The notes under the pieces are model-generated. The model was given only the letters and a program-made list of their open reading frames with translations. It did not search any database and was not told where the DNA came from. A stretch of 64,000 bases of DNA from Daphnia carinata (lineage: Eukaryota). Shown piece after piece: positions 62,107 through 64,000 of this stretch (positions within the stretch are counted from its first letter, which is position 1; the number at the start of each line of letters is the position of its first letter). The DNA lies in the NCBI RefSeq assembly GCF_022539665.2, contig NC_081333.1:3472001-3536000 (forward strand). The letters run 5' to 3'. Made by a program: the position numbers and the translations under genes.

Positions 62107-64000
62107 GGCGGCTGCCTGATCCTTGTAGCTGGTCCAATGAAGCTGGCCAAGGATCCGGGCTGCATGTGGCGTGAGGAAGTAAACCTCTTGTTCCTTTTTT
62201 CCTTCCTCTTGTCCGATAGGTCAGACAAAATCTGCACCAGAATCTAGATATTTCACTGAAAAAATCCACTATTCTTCGGGAAAACGTCTTTCAGAGCAAA
62301 ACTGTTCTTTTTTTCAAATTTGGCTTTTGTTGACGTCGAGCGTTACACCATCTGTGAGGCTGAACTGCAACTGCAGAATCGAGAAAAACAAACGAAATCA
62401 ATAGAATTCTCTAAAACACCGGTTCCAAAAACGCACGCTATTTCGTCGCACTATTACTTAATGATGTTAAATCAAACTTGAGCGTTGCATAGCGTGAAAG
62501 GCTTAACACTTAAACTGTGGAACGTGAGGAAGGATGTGAACGGCATGGCGTCTTGACCGACAGTGACCTAGTGAGATCACCGACATGGAAGTTTTAACTC
62601 TTTTTTTCCCTTTAGTCTTCTCTTAGTGTGTACAATATTTTAATAATCAAAAAAAAGAAAATCATCCCTTCCCTCCTTCGACACGACTATCCAGTTTTCA
62701 CGTTCTCCCCTCCCAAGTCTCCTTTCACGAGACGATTTCCAACCCCCCCCAGCTTTTCCCACTACTCCCCCTTTTCGTCCCCCCCCCCTACCCCGAACGT
62801 CTGACTCCGCCTACTCGGGAGAAACACGAAGGAAACTCAAAATGCCCCCTTCAGGGTCTCTGAGTAACATACACACACACTCACACAAAAAGTTTTTTTT
62901 TATGACGTTTCGAAGAGAGATGGTGGGGAGGCTAAAGAAAACCCCACATTTTAACGACGTTTTCTGTACAACCTGAACGAGTTTTTTGTTGTTGTTGTTC
63001 GCATGCGGTAATCTTCAGCAAAGATTTTCGGCGGGCGAGTAATAAAATGAAACCACCCCATTTTTTTGTGTGTCTACCTGTTGCTGTCTTTCCGTTAACG
63101 TTGCAAAAAGAAAAAGGGAAAAAAATCCCTGCCAATATTTTTTTCATTTCAATGGAGCAATTGATGGCCGCCGCTAGATGGCTGCACGCGTCTAGGGAGA
63201 ACGTTAAAAACTACCTGCTGCTGCTACTGGCAACAGCGCTTTTCGTTTTCATGTTTTGTATGAGATTGGGGGGGAAAAGTAATCGAGATCGAACTGGTAA
63301 TTTGAAAAATAACGAATCATCTGTTGTCTTTTGAAATATAAAATAATTAAATTTGAACAAAAAACTGGAATCAACTTACAGAAACATGTGTGGTAAATTA
63401 TCCCAAAAAGCGCCAACACACACACTGCACACACACACTCTGGCGGCGTTAAACTCGGAAACGAGGGGTGACGGTGGCTAACATTTTCTTTTTCGAAAAA
63501 ACAAAAACCACCACGATTTCTCTCAATCTCACGCCGGTTCTCCCTCAAATCGTATTCCACAGAAGACTTTTTTTTTTAGTTAAAGAAATTGATTTCGTGT
63601 AAAAACTTTAAAAAAAAGCAAATCAAAATTTTGTTCAGGGGTATAGAGGGGGTTGCAGACAACCGAGGGATGTCCCTGCTGCCCACAGACTGAACGTTCA
63701 GAAGAACCCTGTGAGACTTGAACGTTAAAACCCGCATCCACACACACACACACAGACACACACACACACACGGTTAGGGGTCGCTGCACCCTTCGCCGCC
63801 TTGGCAACTCCCCCTCGTCTCCCCCCTAACTCTATACTACACAACTATACGTAATTTAAACCCCCCTCCTCCCTGACTAACACACACACACACTCCCCCA
63901 TTTTTTCCCCCTCTGTTTCCCTGGAGGGGGAGGAGCATCTCCCCTCATGTGTGTGTGTGTGTCCATTGGTTGGTGATCGAGTACACACCCGTTCCTTCCC

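Noticed and set aside
62300..64000. Short ORFs and CA/C-rich tracts upstream of the BTB-ZF gene
   Set aside because: Microsatellite-like intron or regulatory DNA with no supportable coding feature.

Overview
Eukaryotic, arthropod-type genomic DNA with compact genes and ~55-110 nt GT-AG introns. The gene content (an animal GH7 cellobiohydrolase, expanded IRE1-like kinases, Imd, a Ttk-type BTB-ZF) suggests a Daphnia-like crustacean; this is inference. In order: the 5' end of twin/CCR4 (CNOT6) with an intronless ORF apparently nested in an intron; an Imd homologue; an IRE1-like pseudokinase fused to a coiled coil and a PD-(D/E)xK nuclease-like domain; a ~10 kb rearranged zone holding a 2.2 kb near-identical inverted duplication with vasa-like DEAD-box pseudogene fragments; four tRNA genes; three paralogous Cys-patterned secreted proteins with an OBP-like segment; a His-rich/Thr-rich secreted protein; three tandem frameshifted IRE1-like pseudokinases; a GH7 cellulase; a ~21 kb cluster of ten Tyr/Gly-rich secreted-protein genes plus one pseudogene, sharing a micro first exon and (most of them) an upstream CCAAGGTTTGCA-like motif, interrupted by an MFS transporter; and a BTB-C2H2 transcription factor. 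Exon coordinates were read by eye and may be off by a few bases.
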